Assembly: GCF_004010195.1 (NCBI RefSeq)
Contig: NC_057750.1
Coordinates: 9,065,642 to 9,129,641 of the forward strand
Source of the DNA: Chiloscyllium plagiosum
Lineage: Eukaryota
Length of the DNA: 64,000 nt
Direction of reading: 5' to 3'
Positions 26,130 through 38,419 of the stretch are shown here, piece after piece; within the stretch, counting starts at the first letter, position 1; the number at the start of each line of letters is the position of its first letter. Below the pieces are notes generated by a model. It saw only the letters and a list, made by a program, of their open reading frames with translations. It made no database searches and had not been told where the DNA came from. A program made the position numbers and the translations under genes.

Positions 26130-28150
26130 ATGAAGATGTATTGATCAGTGGAACAGTGAAGAAGGTGATCTCGTAGTACAATGGGATCTTGATCAACTGG
26201 GCTAGTGGGCTGAGGAACAGCAGATGGAGTTTAATTCAGATAGTGTTGAGGTGTTATGTTTTGGTAAGATTAACCATGGCAGTGGGAGAGTGCAGTCGAA
26301 CAAAGAGATCAAGATACATAGTTCCTTGAAAGTGACATCATAGGTTAACAGGGCAGTGAAGAAGGCATTTGGCACACTGGCCTTTACTGGTCAAAGCATT
26401 GAGTCCAGGAGTTGGGATGTCTGGTTACTGCTGTACAGCACATCGGTCAGATCACTATTGGAATATTGCGAGCAATTCTGGTCTTCTTCCTATCAGAAGG
26501 ATGTTGTGAAACTTGAAGGGGTTCGGAAAAGATTTGCAAGGATGTTGCCAGGGTTGGAGGGTTGGAGCTATAGGGAGAGGCCGAATAGGCTGGGGCTGTT
26601 TTCCCTGGAGTGTCGGAGGCTGAGGGGGTGACCTTATAGGGATTTATAAAGTCATGAGAGGCATGGATAAGGTGAATAGACCAAGTATTTTCCCTCAGGG
26701 AGTCCAGAACTAGAGGGCATAGGTTTAGGGTGAGAGGGAAAAGATATAAAAGAGACCTAAGGAGCAACTTTTTTCACTCAGAGGGTGGTACATGTATGGA
26801 ATGAGCTGCCAGAGGAAGTGGTGGCGGCTGGTACAATTGCAACAACCCTCCAGTATTGGTAATACCTTTGTACAAAAACATGGATGATTTTGGGATAGTG
26901 TAGGGGGACGAGCTGAGAATAATTCACAGGTCGGCGCAACATCGAGGGCCGAAGGGCCTGTTCTGCGCTGTATTGTTCTATGTTCTATTTAAAAGGCACC
27001 TGGATGGGTATATGAATAGGAAGGGTTTAGAGGGATATGGGCCATTTGCTGGCAAATGGGACAAGATTGGGTTGGGATATCTGGTCGGCATGGACGAGTT
27101 GGACCGAAGGGTCTGTTTCCGTGTTGTACATCTCTATGACTCTATGGTTAGGCCACTTCTGGAGTACTCCTTACAATTCTTTACGCAGAGAGTTGTGAAT
27201 GCATGGAATGCGTTGCCAGCGGTGGTGGTGGAAGCAGAGTCATTGGGGACATTTAAGCGACTGCTGGACATGCACGTGGATAGCAGGGGTGCATAGGTTA
27301 AGTTATTGTATCTTACATTAGGATTAAATCTCAGCGCAACATCGTGGGCCAAAGGGCCTGTTCTGGGCTGTACTTTTCTATGTTCTATGTTCTAATTCTG
27401 GTCTCCCCGCTATAGGAAGGATGTTATTAAAAACTGGAAAGGGTTCAGAAAAGATGTACAAGGATATTACCAATACTGGAGGGTTTGAGCTATAGGGAGA
27501 GGCTGAATCGGCTCATAAAACAACCCACTCATTCCAGGTATCAATTCCGGTAGGCCTTGTATAGGAAGGATATTGTTAAGATTGAGAGATGCAGAAAAGA
27601 TTTCCAAGGCCACCTTTGGAATATTGCGTGCAATTCTGGTCTCCCTCCTATCGGAAGGATGTTGTAAAACCTGGAAGGGTTCAGAAAAGATTTAGAAGGA
27701 TGTTGGAGGGTTTGAACTATAGGGAGAGGCTGAACAGGCTGGGGCTGTTTTCACTGGCGCATCAGAGGCTGAGGGGTGACCTTATAGAGGTTTATAAAAT
27801 CATGAGAGGCATGGATAGGGCAAATAGACAAGGTCTTTTCCCCAGGCTAGGGGAGTCCATAACTCGAGGGCATAGATTTAAGGTGAGGGGGGGGAAAGAT
27901 TTAAAAGGGGTCTGAGGGGCAACTTTTTCACACAGAGGGTAGTGCATGTAAGGAATGAGCTGCCGGAGGAAGTGGTGGAGCTGGATACAATTACAGCATT
28001 TAAAAGACATTTGGGCAGGTACATGGTTAAGAAGGGTTTAGAGGGATTTGGACCAACACAGGCAAATGGGGCTAGTTCAGTTTAGGAAACCGGGTGGGCA
28101 TGGACGAGTTGGGCCGAAGGGTCCATTTCTGTGCTGTACGGCTCTGTGAC
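26130..28150 (+). mobile_element. Composite of several CR1/HER1-type LINE fragments
   Basis: Repeated LEYCxQFWSPxYxKDVVK / GDLIEVYKIMRG segments; nested 3' UTRs with ttctatgttctat tails at about 26860-26988 and 27177-27393. Confidence 0.85.
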
Positions 28151-29585
28151 CTCTTCTGCCTGAAGACTGTTGCAAATACTTAATCCTTACCTTTTGCACT
28201 GATATGCTGGGGTTTAACATCATTGAGGATGGGGATATTTGTGGAGCCGCCTCCTCCAGTGAGTTGTTTAATTGTCACCATTCACGGCTGGATGTGGCAG
28301 GTCTGCAGAGCTCAGACCTGATCCATTGATTGTGGGATCGCTTAGCTCTGTCTATCACTTGCTAATGATGTTGTTTGACACGCAAATACTCCTGTGATGT
28401 AGCTTCACCTCATCTTTAGATCTGCCTGGTACTGCTCCTGGCATGCCCTCTCCATTGAACCAGGGTTGCTGCCCTGGCTTGATGGTAATGGTTGAGTGGG
28501 GAATATGCTGGGCCGTGAGGTTACAGATTGTGCTGGAGTACAGTTCTGCGGTTGCTGGCCCACAGCACCTCATGGATGCCCAGTCTTGAGTTGCTAGTTC
28601 AGTTCAGACTCTGTCCCATTTAGCATGGTGATAGTGCCATAGACTGGTACAATGACAACATTTAAAAGGCATCTGGATGGGTATATGAATAGGAAGGGTT
28701 TAGAGGGATATGGGCTGGGTGCTGGCAAATGGGACTAGAGTAGGTTAGGATATCTGGTCGGCATGGACGAGTTGGACCAAGGACAGTCTGTGCTGACTCT
28801 GTAACAGGCTATTCTCAATGTGAAGGTGGGACTTTGTCTCCGCAAGGACTTGTGTAGTGGTCACTTTTATCGATAGTGTCATGGATCTGCAACTGGCAGA
28901 TGAGTGAGGATGAGATCAAGTATGTTTTTCCCTCTTGTTGGTTCCCTCACCCCCAGCCGCAGACCCAGTCTAGAAGCGATGTCCTTCAGGACCTGACCAG
29001 CTCCATCAGGAGTGCTGCTGCTGCTAAACCACTCTTTGACATTGAAATCCCCCATCCAGAGTACATTTTTACATCCTTACTACCCTCCGCGCTCCCTCAA
29101 TATGAGGGAATATTGATTCATCAGCTGAGGGAGGACGATATGTGGTAATCAGCAGGACATTACCTTGCCCATGTTTAACCTGAAGCCATGAGACTTCATG
29201 AAGTTCAGAATCACTATTGAGGACTCCCAGGACAATTTCAATTTCAATGCTGCTACTGAGCATCGGTGGTGGAGGGAGGGGATGTTTGTGGATGTGGTGA
29301 GGACATTACCTTGCCCATGTTTAACCTGAAGCCATGAGACTTCATGAAGTTCAGAATCACTATTGAGGACTCCCAGGACAACTCCCTCCTGACTGTATCC
29401 CATGTGCCACCACCTCTGCTGGGTCTGTCCTGCCGGTGGGACAGGATATATCCAGGGATGGTGAGGGTGGCGTCTGGGATGTTGTCTGTAAGGTATGATT
29501 CCATGAGTATTCCTGTGTCAGGCTGTTGCTTGTCTACTCTGTGAGACAGCTCTCCTAATCTGTGCACTCGCTCCCAGATGTGTCC
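28150..29585 (-). mobile_element. Second LINE family (non-CR1 APE-RT, possibly RTE-X-like), endonuclease and linker region, decayed
   Basis: LGELSHRVDKQQPD..LMESYL..IPGY..HRQDRPSRGGG, HEVSWLQVKHGQGNVLLITTYRPPSADES, TITIKPGQQPWFN: APE-domain and PWF motifs. Confidence 0.75.
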
Positions 29586-29589
29586 CAGG

Positions 29590-29985
29590 ATCGTCGGAGG
29601 CTGAGGGGTGACCTTATAGAAATTTATAAAATCATGAGGGGCATGGATAGAATAAATAGACAAGGTCTTTTCCCTGGGGTGGGGGAGTTCAGAATTAGAG
29701 GGCATAGATTTAGGGTGAGAGGGGAAAAATATAAAAGAGACCTAAGGGGCCACTTTTTCACACAGAGGGTGGTGCGTGTAAGGAATGAGCTGCCAGAGGA
29801 AGTGGTGGTGGCTGGTACAATTATAGCATTTAAGAGGCATTTGGATGGGTATATGAATAGGAGGGGTTTGGAGGGATATGGGCTGAGTGCTGGCAGGTGG
29901 GACTGATTGGGTTGGGATATCTGGTCAGCATGGACAGGTTGGACCGAAGGGTCTGTTTCTGTGCTGTACAGCTCGATGACTCTAT
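29590..29985 (+). mobile_element. CR1/HER1-type LINE 3' fragment
   Basis: [40 protein letters not shown]. Confidence 0.9.
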
Positions 29986-30299
29986 GGTTCAATGTTAAGA
30001 AGGAGAACTTTGTAGGGTTCTCAGGGCTGTACCTGCACTTGTTATTTCTGATGCAGTTGTCAATGGGGAGTGGTCTGTCCAGCTTAATTCCTTCTTTAAG
30101 CCATTTTAATGGTTGATGATTGGAGTGACTTGCTAGGCCAATCAACCAATCAATTCCTGAGAGTCTCATGTAGGCCAGACTGAGTAAGGGTGGCAGATTT
30201 CCTTCCCAAAGGGTATTAGTGAGCCAGATGGGTTTTTACAGCAATCAACTGTGGCAATCCTTAGACTTTTGTTGAATTCAAATTCCACTGTCAGCTGTT

Positions 30300-31200
30300 T
30301 TTTATTCATTCGTGAGTGTCACTGGCTGAGCCCAGTATTTATTGCCTGTCCCTAATTGCCCCTTGAGAAGGTGGGGAGGTGGGGGGGGGGGAGTTGCCTT
30401 CTTGAACCGCTGCAGTCCATGTGCTGTAGATAGACCCACAATGCCCTGAGGGAGGGAATCCCAGGATTTTGACCCAGCGACACTGAAGGAACAGTGATAT
30501 ATTTCCAAGTCAGGGGAGTGGTTTAGAAGGGAACTTGCAGGGGATGGTGTTCCCATGTATCTGCTGTCCTTAATCTTCTAGATGGAAGTGGTCATGGGTT
30601 CGGAAGGTACTGTCTGTGGATCTTTGGTGAATTTCCTCAGTGCATTTTGTAGATGGTACACACTGCTGCTACTGAGCATCAGTGGTGGAGGGAGGGGATG
30701 TTTGTGGATGTGGTGCCAGTCGAGCGGGGGCTGCTTTGTCCTGGATGGTGTCGAGCTTCTTGAGTGTTGTTGGCGCTGCCCCCATCCAGGGCAAGTATTC
30801 CTTCACCCTCCTGACTTGTGCCTTGTGATTGATGGACAGGCTTTGGGGACTTCCACATTGTCGGGTAAATGCCAGTGTTGTAACTGTCCTGGAACAGCTT
30901 GGCGAGGGGAGCAGCAAGTTTTGGAGCGCAAGTCTTAAGTCCTATTGCTGGAATGTTGTCAGGGCCCATAGCCTTTGCAGTGTCCGGTGTCTCCAACCGT
31001 TCCTTGACATCACGTGGAGTGAGTCGAATTGGCTGTAGACTGGTATGTGTGATGCTGGGGACCACTGGAGGAGGGTGAGATGGATCAGCCTTACTTTTTG
31101 CACTGTTGTGCTGTGCTCTTCCATCATTGAGGATGGGGGTGTGCACGGAGTTTCCTCCAGGGAGTTGTTTAATTGTCCACCACCATTCACGACTGGATTT
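30300..31200 (-). mobile_element. Second LINE family, internally deleted 3' part with 3' UTR (other pieces at about 32905-33370 -, 34600-34725 +, 18785-18850 +)
   Basis: DTAKAMGPDNIPAIGLKTCAPKLAAPLAKLFQDSYNTGIYPTMWK; TTLKKLDTIQDKAA; 3' end gcaattagggacaggcaataaatactgg. Confidence 0.8.
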
Positions 31201-31621
31201 GAACATGCATCTGCCGGAACATGACCTGGGTTCCCGGATTACCAATCCGCTAACAGTGCCAATGCCACTCTGTTGTCACTGACCCTTCGTGTCAGTGCTT
31301 GCCAAAGATGGGGGGGGGGGGGGGGGGGTCGTGACCCTGTGTGGAGGCTCTGAGCCAATCATATCTGGTATCCTCTTGCTGTTGCTATTCCCATTGTGAA
31401 ACCTTGCTTGGGATGTACCAAAGTGTGGGAGTCACTGGATCAGTGCAAAGGGGAGGAGATCCATCAGGAAGCTAATAGCGTGGGTTGAATTCCTGCGCTG
31501 ACTGAGGTTAACCTGACTGACTGTCCTTCTCAACCTCTCCCCTCGCCTGAGGCTAGGTGACCCTCGGGTTAAATCACCACCAATCATGTCTCGCTCTCTC
31601 TCTCTCTAATGACAGAGCAGC

Positions 31622-31898
31622 TGACAATGTGTTCTGGACTTCCCACGTAGATGCAACGGTCAAGAGGATACAACGACTCCTCTTCTTTCTCAGGAAGCTC
31701 AGGAAATTTGGCATCTCCATAAGGACCCTCACCAACTTCTACCATTCAGACCATACTGTCCGGTTTGCACAGCAGCCTGCTACGGCAACTGCTCTGCCCA
31801 GGACGGTTAAGACACTACAGAAGGCGGTGTGCACAGCCCAGACCAAGACGGAAGCCAATCTCCCATCCATGGGCTCCATTTACATGGCTCATTGTTAA
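31622..31898 (+). mobile_element. Rex1/Babar-like LINE fragment
   Basis: DNVFWTSHVDATVKRIQRLLFFLRKLRKFGISIRTLTNFY resembles the post-RT WxxH..KKAQQRLYFLRRLRKF motif. Confidence 0.7.
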
Positions 31899-32430
31899 GG
31901 GAAAGACTGTCCTAGCTGATCCATGTAGGCCTGAGAACCCTTACTCTAGTCAGACAATGACCTTTCTGTCTTTTTGGAAGCCTAACTTGGAGATGGAGGT
32001 CAGTAGATTCAGGGGGCCAGAAGTGAGAAAGGGTGTTGGGCAAGTTGGGTGGCGGGAGAGGTCAGGTTCCTGAGTGGGCGTCGGAAGGTTAGAGGTCGGC
32101 GGATCAGTTGGAGCCTGAGGTGCTGATTGTTTAACCACCAGGTGCCAGTCCTGAAGAGCAGCTGCTCCCTATTGTTTCCATTAACACCGGGCCCGGCGGG
32201 GGATGCTCATAGTTTTCACATGACACAGCGCAAAGAACTGAGCGGCTCTCTGACATGTCAAATGGCTCAGTCAGCCGAGTTAATGTTGTGGTGTGGTTCT
32301 CTCTGAGGCCAAACCTGTGAGGAATTGTGGGAGGGGAGAGGTGGGCATAACATGGCGGAGGTGAGCAAGATCATTTCCCTGTGTCTGTGGCCCACAGCCG
32401 TCAGCCAATCCTTCAGAGTTTGGTTTCCTA

Positions 32431-32444
32431 GTTTCCATAGCAAC
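32431..32444. promoter_or_regulatory. RFX X-box-like motif
   Basis: GTTTCCATAGCAAC in repeat-free sequence. Confidence 0.35.
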
Positions 32445-33973
32445 GTACTCAGCAGGGCTGCCGTGGGTTGGGGGGGGGGGGGGGCGCGGTTTGAAGCTCA
32501 GAGGTAGGGACAGTACTTAGCCTCCCACACCTGGCCTGTGACAGAGCGACAATATCCGATGTACGACCTATCCATGGGTTTCCGGGCTCTGTTGCATTGA
32601 TTCAGTCTTTACACTGACTCCGGGGATAGAAGGAAGAGGAGGCCATTCAGCGCCATTGTGCTTACCCTGCCATTTAACTAGATCCCAGGCTGATCTTTGA
32701 CCTCCAGGCCATTTACTCGTACTATTCCCTGTTATTATTAACGTCCATCATCAAAACTCAAGAGAATGGGATCAGGTGCGTCACACATTAGCGTAAAGCA
32801 TCCCATGGAAACAATTTAATAAATAGCAGAGGACTTCCCCCCCCAGTGTCCTGGGCCAATATTTATATTATGCTTAAAAAACATCATCAAACACCAAACC
32901 ATGTTGCTTTATTTTTTTCATTCGTGGGTGACTGGGCCTAGCTTTTATTGTCCATCCCTAATTGCCCCTTGAGTGAGGTACCTTCTTGAGGGAGAGCTGT
33001 CAGGAGAGCCCATAGGGAGAGAGTTGCAGGATTCTGACCCAGCAACACTGAAGGAACGGTGATGTATTTCCAAGTCGGGATCGTGAGTGGCTCGGAGGGG
33101 AACTTGCAGGGGGTGACGCAAGATCTTTATTTCGTTTCTTCATGGGATGTGGGCATCTATTGCCCGTCGCTGGTCTGTTGCCCAAGTCTTTAGCTGGTCG
33201 ATTCATGGAGGGTTCTGTCTAAGGAGGCACGGTGAGTTGTTGCATTGCATTGTGTGTATATGGTACGCTCTGAGCGTCGATGGTGGAGAGAGTGCATGTG
33301 GTGCCAATCTAGTCAGGGCTGCGGTGGGGTGGGTTTGGATCTAGATGGTGTTGAGCTTCTTGTGTCTTGTTGCCACGTCGCTGTGTGCGAGAGCTTGCTG
33401 CGTGCAAATTGGCTCCTGCATTTTCCTTGTTACGTTTCTGAGGAAGAAATAAAGCTTTAAAATGCCCCAAGCTTGTGATCGGCTCGACATCGACGTGACC
33501 GAGGGATGTGCCAGGGGCTGTGGCAACAGGTTGATGGGTTGGCGGATAGAGGTGGGCAGCGAGGAGGAATGTTTGAAGGAGGAGCAGGAAGATCCCATGA
33601 GCCAGCTTTGGGCTGGGGTGGAGAGCGCAGGGTTAGGGCTGCAGGAAGTGGTTCCTGGGCCAGGGGTCACTCAGCTTTAGGCTCTCGAGAGACCTTGGCC
33701 TCCTCACAAAGCTGGGAGGGGGCAGGGGAGTTCCTGTGAGGAGGGCTGGCTCTGGGTATCATGGTCTGCCCCATCCCTGGAGCTGAGCCAATGCAGGCAA
33801 GCCTAAAAGCTGAACTCAGTATCGATCTGTTAATAAAGTGGCCCTTCATCTGGATTGATGTGAAGTGAGTGGGAGTAAAGAGACCACACTTTAAATTAAC
33901 TGCCTGCTGAATATCTGATGCCGTAGTGCCAGCCTCCAATAGCCAAGGGCTTCATGTTAACTCTTTCACTGCT

Positions 33974-34168
33974 AGGAGAAAGTGAGGACTGCAGATGCTG
34001 GAGATCGGAGTCGAGAGAGTGGTGCTGGAAAAGCACAGGAGGTCAGGCAGCATCCAAGGAGCAGGAGAGTCGACGTTTCGGGCAAAGGCTCGATGCCGGA
34101 ATAGTCGACTCTCCTGCTCCTCGGATGCTGCCTGACCTCCTGTGCTTTTCCAGCACCACTCTCTCGAC
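33974..34168 (-). mobile_element. Penelope-derived micro-element (family A), long hairpin
   Basis: gtcgagagagtggtgctggaaaagcacaggaggtcaggcagcatccaaggagcaggagagtcgac is followed by its reverse complement gtcgactctcctgctcctcggatgctgcctgacctcctgtgcttttccagcaccactctctcgac. Confidence 0.8.
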
Positions 34169-34793
34169 CCTTACACTGCCGCTGGCTTAGTATTGGAGCA
34201 GGTTCAGTTTTAAATAGTTAATGGGGGTGTGGCTAGGCCCAACATTCCTTGCCCAACCCTAATTACCCAGTAAAGAGTCAACCATGTTGCTGTGGGTTCG
34301 ATTCCACCCTCGGGCGACTGTCTGTGTAGAGTTTGCACGTTCGCCCCGTGTCTGCGTGGGTTTCCTCCGGGTGCTCCAGTTTCCTCCCACAATCCAAAGA
34401 TTTGCAGGTCAGGGTGGATCAGCCCATGCTAAATTGCCCGTATTGAACAGGGATGTGCAGGCTGGGTGAATAAGCCACGGGAAGTGCAGGATTACAGGGT
34501 AGGGGTGGGTCGGGGTGGTGATGCTCTTTGGAGAGGTCAGTGTGAACTCGATGGACTGAATGGCCTGTTTTCACAGTGTGGGAATTCTATGATTACACCA
34601 CGTGGACCGTAGCGGATAAAGGAAATGACTCACTAGCACCTTCTCAAGGAGCAATTAGGGATGAGCAACAAACGTTGGCCCAGCCAGTGATACCCCCACC
34701 CCAGGCACAAACGATAAGAAATAAGAATGTGTACGATATGGCTGGGTTAGCACCGTGTACAGTTTAGCCCTTGTAGTTGCTTGGCCGTGTTTT

Positions 34794-34917
34794 CTGAAGA
34801 AGGGCTTATGCCCGAAACGTCGATTCTCCTTCTCCTTGGATGCTGCCTGACCTGCTGCGCTTTTCCAGCAACACATTTTTCAGCTCTGATCTCCAGCATC
34901 TGCAGTCCTCACTTTCT
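34794..34917 (+). mobile_element. Penelope-derived micro-element (family A) with intact hammerhead core and 13-bp TSD
   Basis: ccgtgttttctga at 34785-34797 and 34918-34930; CTGAAGA-a-gggc-ttat-gccc-GAAAC-GTC at 34794-34821. Confidence 0.8.
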
Positions 34918-35164
34918 CCGTGTTTTCTGAGTGCAACAATGGGACTTCAGTGGGAAAGACTCTGGTCTTGCACAATGCTGGTCTTCATTTCCCTTGGCGA
35001 GTAATTGTTCTCCAGAAAAACATCAAGAAAAACATCTGTGTTATCAGATGCTTCCTGTATCGAGGGCCAGTGACACTAACTCGGCCAAGTTATGTGTGCA
35101 TTTGACCTGGAGTTGACACCAGTCAGCTGCTTGCTTGAGGCTTGGCTATTTCGACCGCATGTCA

Positions 35165-35525
35165 CAGAGTGTAGTGCTGGAAAAGCACAGCCAGTCAGGC
35201 AGCATCCAAGGAGCAGGAGAGTCGACGTTTCAGGCATAGGCCCTTCATCAGGAATGAGGCTTATGGGCCAAGGGGACTGAGAGATAAATAGGAGGGGGGT
35301 GGGGTTGGGGGATAAGTTAGCTGAGAGAGCGATAGGGAGATGAAGGTGGTGGGTGAAGATGATAGGTCAGAGGGGAGGGTGGAGCAGATAGGTGGGAAGG
35401 GAGACGGACAGTTAGAACAGGTCAAGAGGGTGGTGCCAAGTTGGAAGTTTGGATCTGGGATGAGGTGGAGGGAGGGGAAACTGGCGAAACCCACATTGCT
35501 GCCATGGGGTTGGAGGGTCCCAAGC
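35165..35525 (-). mobile_element. Penelope-like 3' fragment (family A) with hammerhead motif at about 35220-35252
   Basis: RLGTLQPHGSNVGFASF; reverse complement cctgatgaagggcctatgcctgaaacgtcgac. Confidence 0.8.
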
Positions 35526-35994
35526 CGGTTGCCTCTCTGCACCTCCCTCCCCCAACTCTGACCCCATTCACAATCTCCTCCCCACGCTTCTGAAGGTTCT
35601 GGTGTTGAGGAAGGAATTGGGGATGGGGTGGAATTGAGGGGAAGAGCTGTTACCACATGAGCCCTCTGTCCTCCACCAGAATAGATGACAATGTTTCTTC
35701 ATTTCTCCCACTTTCCCAGTTTGTGCCCAATTCCATATCCCTCACCATCCCTTTACTCACCAGCTGACATCAACCACTCCTCTCCCCCCACCCACGCAGG
35801 CAACATATCGCTGTCATCTTTTCACCTTCAAAGGACTTGTCTTCCCTAGCTCTGTAACTCTCTGCAGCCCCACAAGGGGGCGTAATTCTTAGGTGAAAAT
35901 GCAGGAGGTTCAGTGGAAAAATGCTTTCCGTCTAAAGAGTAGTGAGGGTCTGGAATGCATTTCCTGGGAGGGTCATTGAAATTGTTGCATTCCA

Positions 35995-36575
35995 CCCAGA
36001 CCTATCCCAAGAGGTAATGAATCATGGGTAACCCACCTAACCTGCACATCACAGAGCAGTTTCCCATGGCTAACCCACCTAACCTGCATAGCCCTGGACA
36101 CCACAGTGCAATCTCCCATGGCTAACCCACCTAACCTGCACGACCAGGGACACCGCAGAACAATTTCCCATGGCTAACCCACCTAACCTGCACGACCAGG
36201 GACACCGCAGAACAATCTCCCATGGCTAACCCACCTAACCTGCACATCACAGAACAGTTTCCCATGGCTAACCCACCTAACCTGCACATCACAGAGCAGT
36301 TTCCCATGGCTAACCCACCTAACCTGCATAGCCCTGGACACCACAGCACAATCTCCCATGGGTACCCCACCTAACCTGCACCAGCCTGGACACCACAGAG
36401 CAGTTTCCCATGGCTAACCCACCTAACCCGCACGCTACATCTTTAGACTGTGGGAGAAAACCCACACTGACACAGGGAGAACTTGCAAACTCCATACACA
36501 CAGTCGCCCGAGGGTGGAATCGAACCCAGGTCCCTGGCGCAACGAGGCAGCAGTGCTAACCACTGAGCCACACAA
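35995..36575 (-). mobile_element. HE1-type SINE with expanded internal 42/53-bp repeats
   Basis: About 9 copies of cccatggctaacccacctaacctgcac between 36020 and 36430, followed by the HE1 head. Confidence 0.85.
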
Positions 36576-36807
36576 CGTGGTGGGGAATTGGGGTCAATGA
36601 TTCTAGGTTTCTAAAGTGAAAAACAATCTGGGCCCACTCTGCACAGTCACTGGAATGGATGGTCCTGACTGTGATGCTGACTGTCCAGGCATCATGTGGT
36701 GCAATGGGAATGTGTACGTTCAGGAAACCATGCGTATGATAATGTAGCAACAACCACATGCTATTGAAACTCTGGATAGACAGGAGGAGAGATCTCTCAT
36801 CAGTATG

Positions 36808-37295
36808 AGGGCTGGTTAGCTCTGTTGGCTAGATGGCATGTTTACAATGCCAAGTCACACCAACAATGTGGGTTCAGTTACTGCACCAGCTGAGGTTACT
36901 TGGGGGTGTCTGAGTGGTTAGCACCGCTGCCTCACAGCGCCAGGAACACAGGTTCAATCCCACCCTTGGGTGTCTGTGTGGAGATGGCATGGAGTCCCCA
37001 TGTCTGCGTGGGTTTCCTCCCACAGTCCAAAGACATACAGATCAGGGTGGACTGGCCGCGCTAAATTGCCCCATAGTGTGCAGGCTGGGTGGGCTAGCCA
37101 TGGGGAAATGCAGGGATAGAGTGGGTCTGGGTGGGAGACACTTCAGAGGGTCGGTGTAGACCCAAGGGGCAGAATGGCCTGTTTCCACACTGTAGGCATT
37201 CTATGAAGGACTCTCCTTCTCCCCTCACTTGAGGTGTGTGGTGACCCTCAGGTGAAATCGCTACCAGTTGCCTCTCTGTGATGAGAGAGTGGGGT
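36808..37295 (+). mobile_element. tRNA-like SINE family 3 split by HE1 (about 36903-37203); other copies about 31480-31622 +, 47495-47612 +, 53935-54110 -
   Basis: ggttagctc..gttggct..gggttca..gctgaggtta | atgaaggactctccttctc..cctcaggt(g/t)aaa(t/c)c..accag shared among copies. Confidence 0.65.
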
Positions 37296-38270
37296 TATGT
37301 TGAGTTGATCTGTTATAAGTGAGAGTTTGATGGAAGCTGGATGAGTTAAAGACAGGGATGTAGCACAGTACAGACTTACGAGAACAACCTCTACCATAGG
37401 GAGTACCAACATTGGGCTCAGGACCCTAGTGGGATGGTGGGAGCTGTAAGTCTGGGCTCTCACAGGCTCCAGGACAATGGTAGCCAACCCTCTCCACTCT
37501 CATCGGCGTGTTCCTCCATCCCCTACTCCTCCTTTGAGGGGGTTGTGACAATTTTCAAGCTTTGCACTGGGACCCAAGGAGGGGTTGGGGGAGGGGTAGG
37601 AATAAAATTGGGGGTTTGTATGGCACCACGTCAGGTTGGAACTTCACCTGACAGTGTCACTCCAAATGGCAGTTTCGACCAGGCCGAGATCTTTAATACA
37701 CAAGAGGTCTGTGATCACAGAGGCTAACACTGTTCTGGCTTCTGAAGGAGAACCAGAGAGGTATCCATTAATATCAAGTAGATAGAGCAAGGACAGAAAG
37801 ATTAGATCACAAACAGCCTGGAGCTAACTGTAATTTGTGAATAGGGCTTTAGTGGGGATTATTAATAGACCAGTTTGTTGTCCAGTGTAGGCCCTGGGAC
37901 AGGGTTTAATAGGTCTCACAAGAGCGTCCTCAGTGCAGCGCTGAGAGGGAACAGCTTTGTCTGCAGACCTGTGGCTTGGCTGAGGCATTAAAGCTGCAGC
38001 TCCCTAATGAACGATGCAACCTCACGGTCGTTCCGTCGAGGTGCTCAGAGATTTGCATGTTGCAAGTGTTTCGTTTTAATTGGATTTATCCCGATTCAGC
38101 ACAAATTGGGCACTGCAGCTTCCTACTGCTGTCTCCAAGACTGATTAGTGAGAGCTTTCAACTCACTGGTATCGCGTTTACTGGTAAGCTGATCCTGCTC
38201 TCCACCTACCCACTGTCACAGAATCCCTACAGCGTGGAAGCAGGCCATCCAATCCATTGAGTCCACACTA

Positions 38271-38398
38271 ATTCCTGATGAAGGGTTTTTGCCTGAAACG
38301 TCGACTCTCCTGCTTCTCCGATGCTGCCTGACCTGCTGTGCTTTTCCAGCCCCACACTCTTGACTCTGATCTCTAGCATCTGCAATGCTCACTTTTGC
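38271..38398 (+). mobile_element. Penelope-derived micro-element (family A) with hammerhead motif
   Basis: CTGATGA 38275-38281 ..GAAACGTC; flanked by tgagtccaca / tgagtctaca. Confidence 0.75.
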
Positions 38399-38419
38399 TG
38401 AGTCTACATCACTCCTCTC

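Noticed and set aside
27177..27393. Near-identity to 4682-4900 as another templated copy
   Set aside because: Both retain the LINE 3' tail and share no flank or private junction; consistent with independent insertions of one young CR1 subfamily.
33974..34168. microRNA gene
   Set aside because: The hairpin is fully explained by an inverted Penelope-derived arm; no recognisable miRNA seed family.
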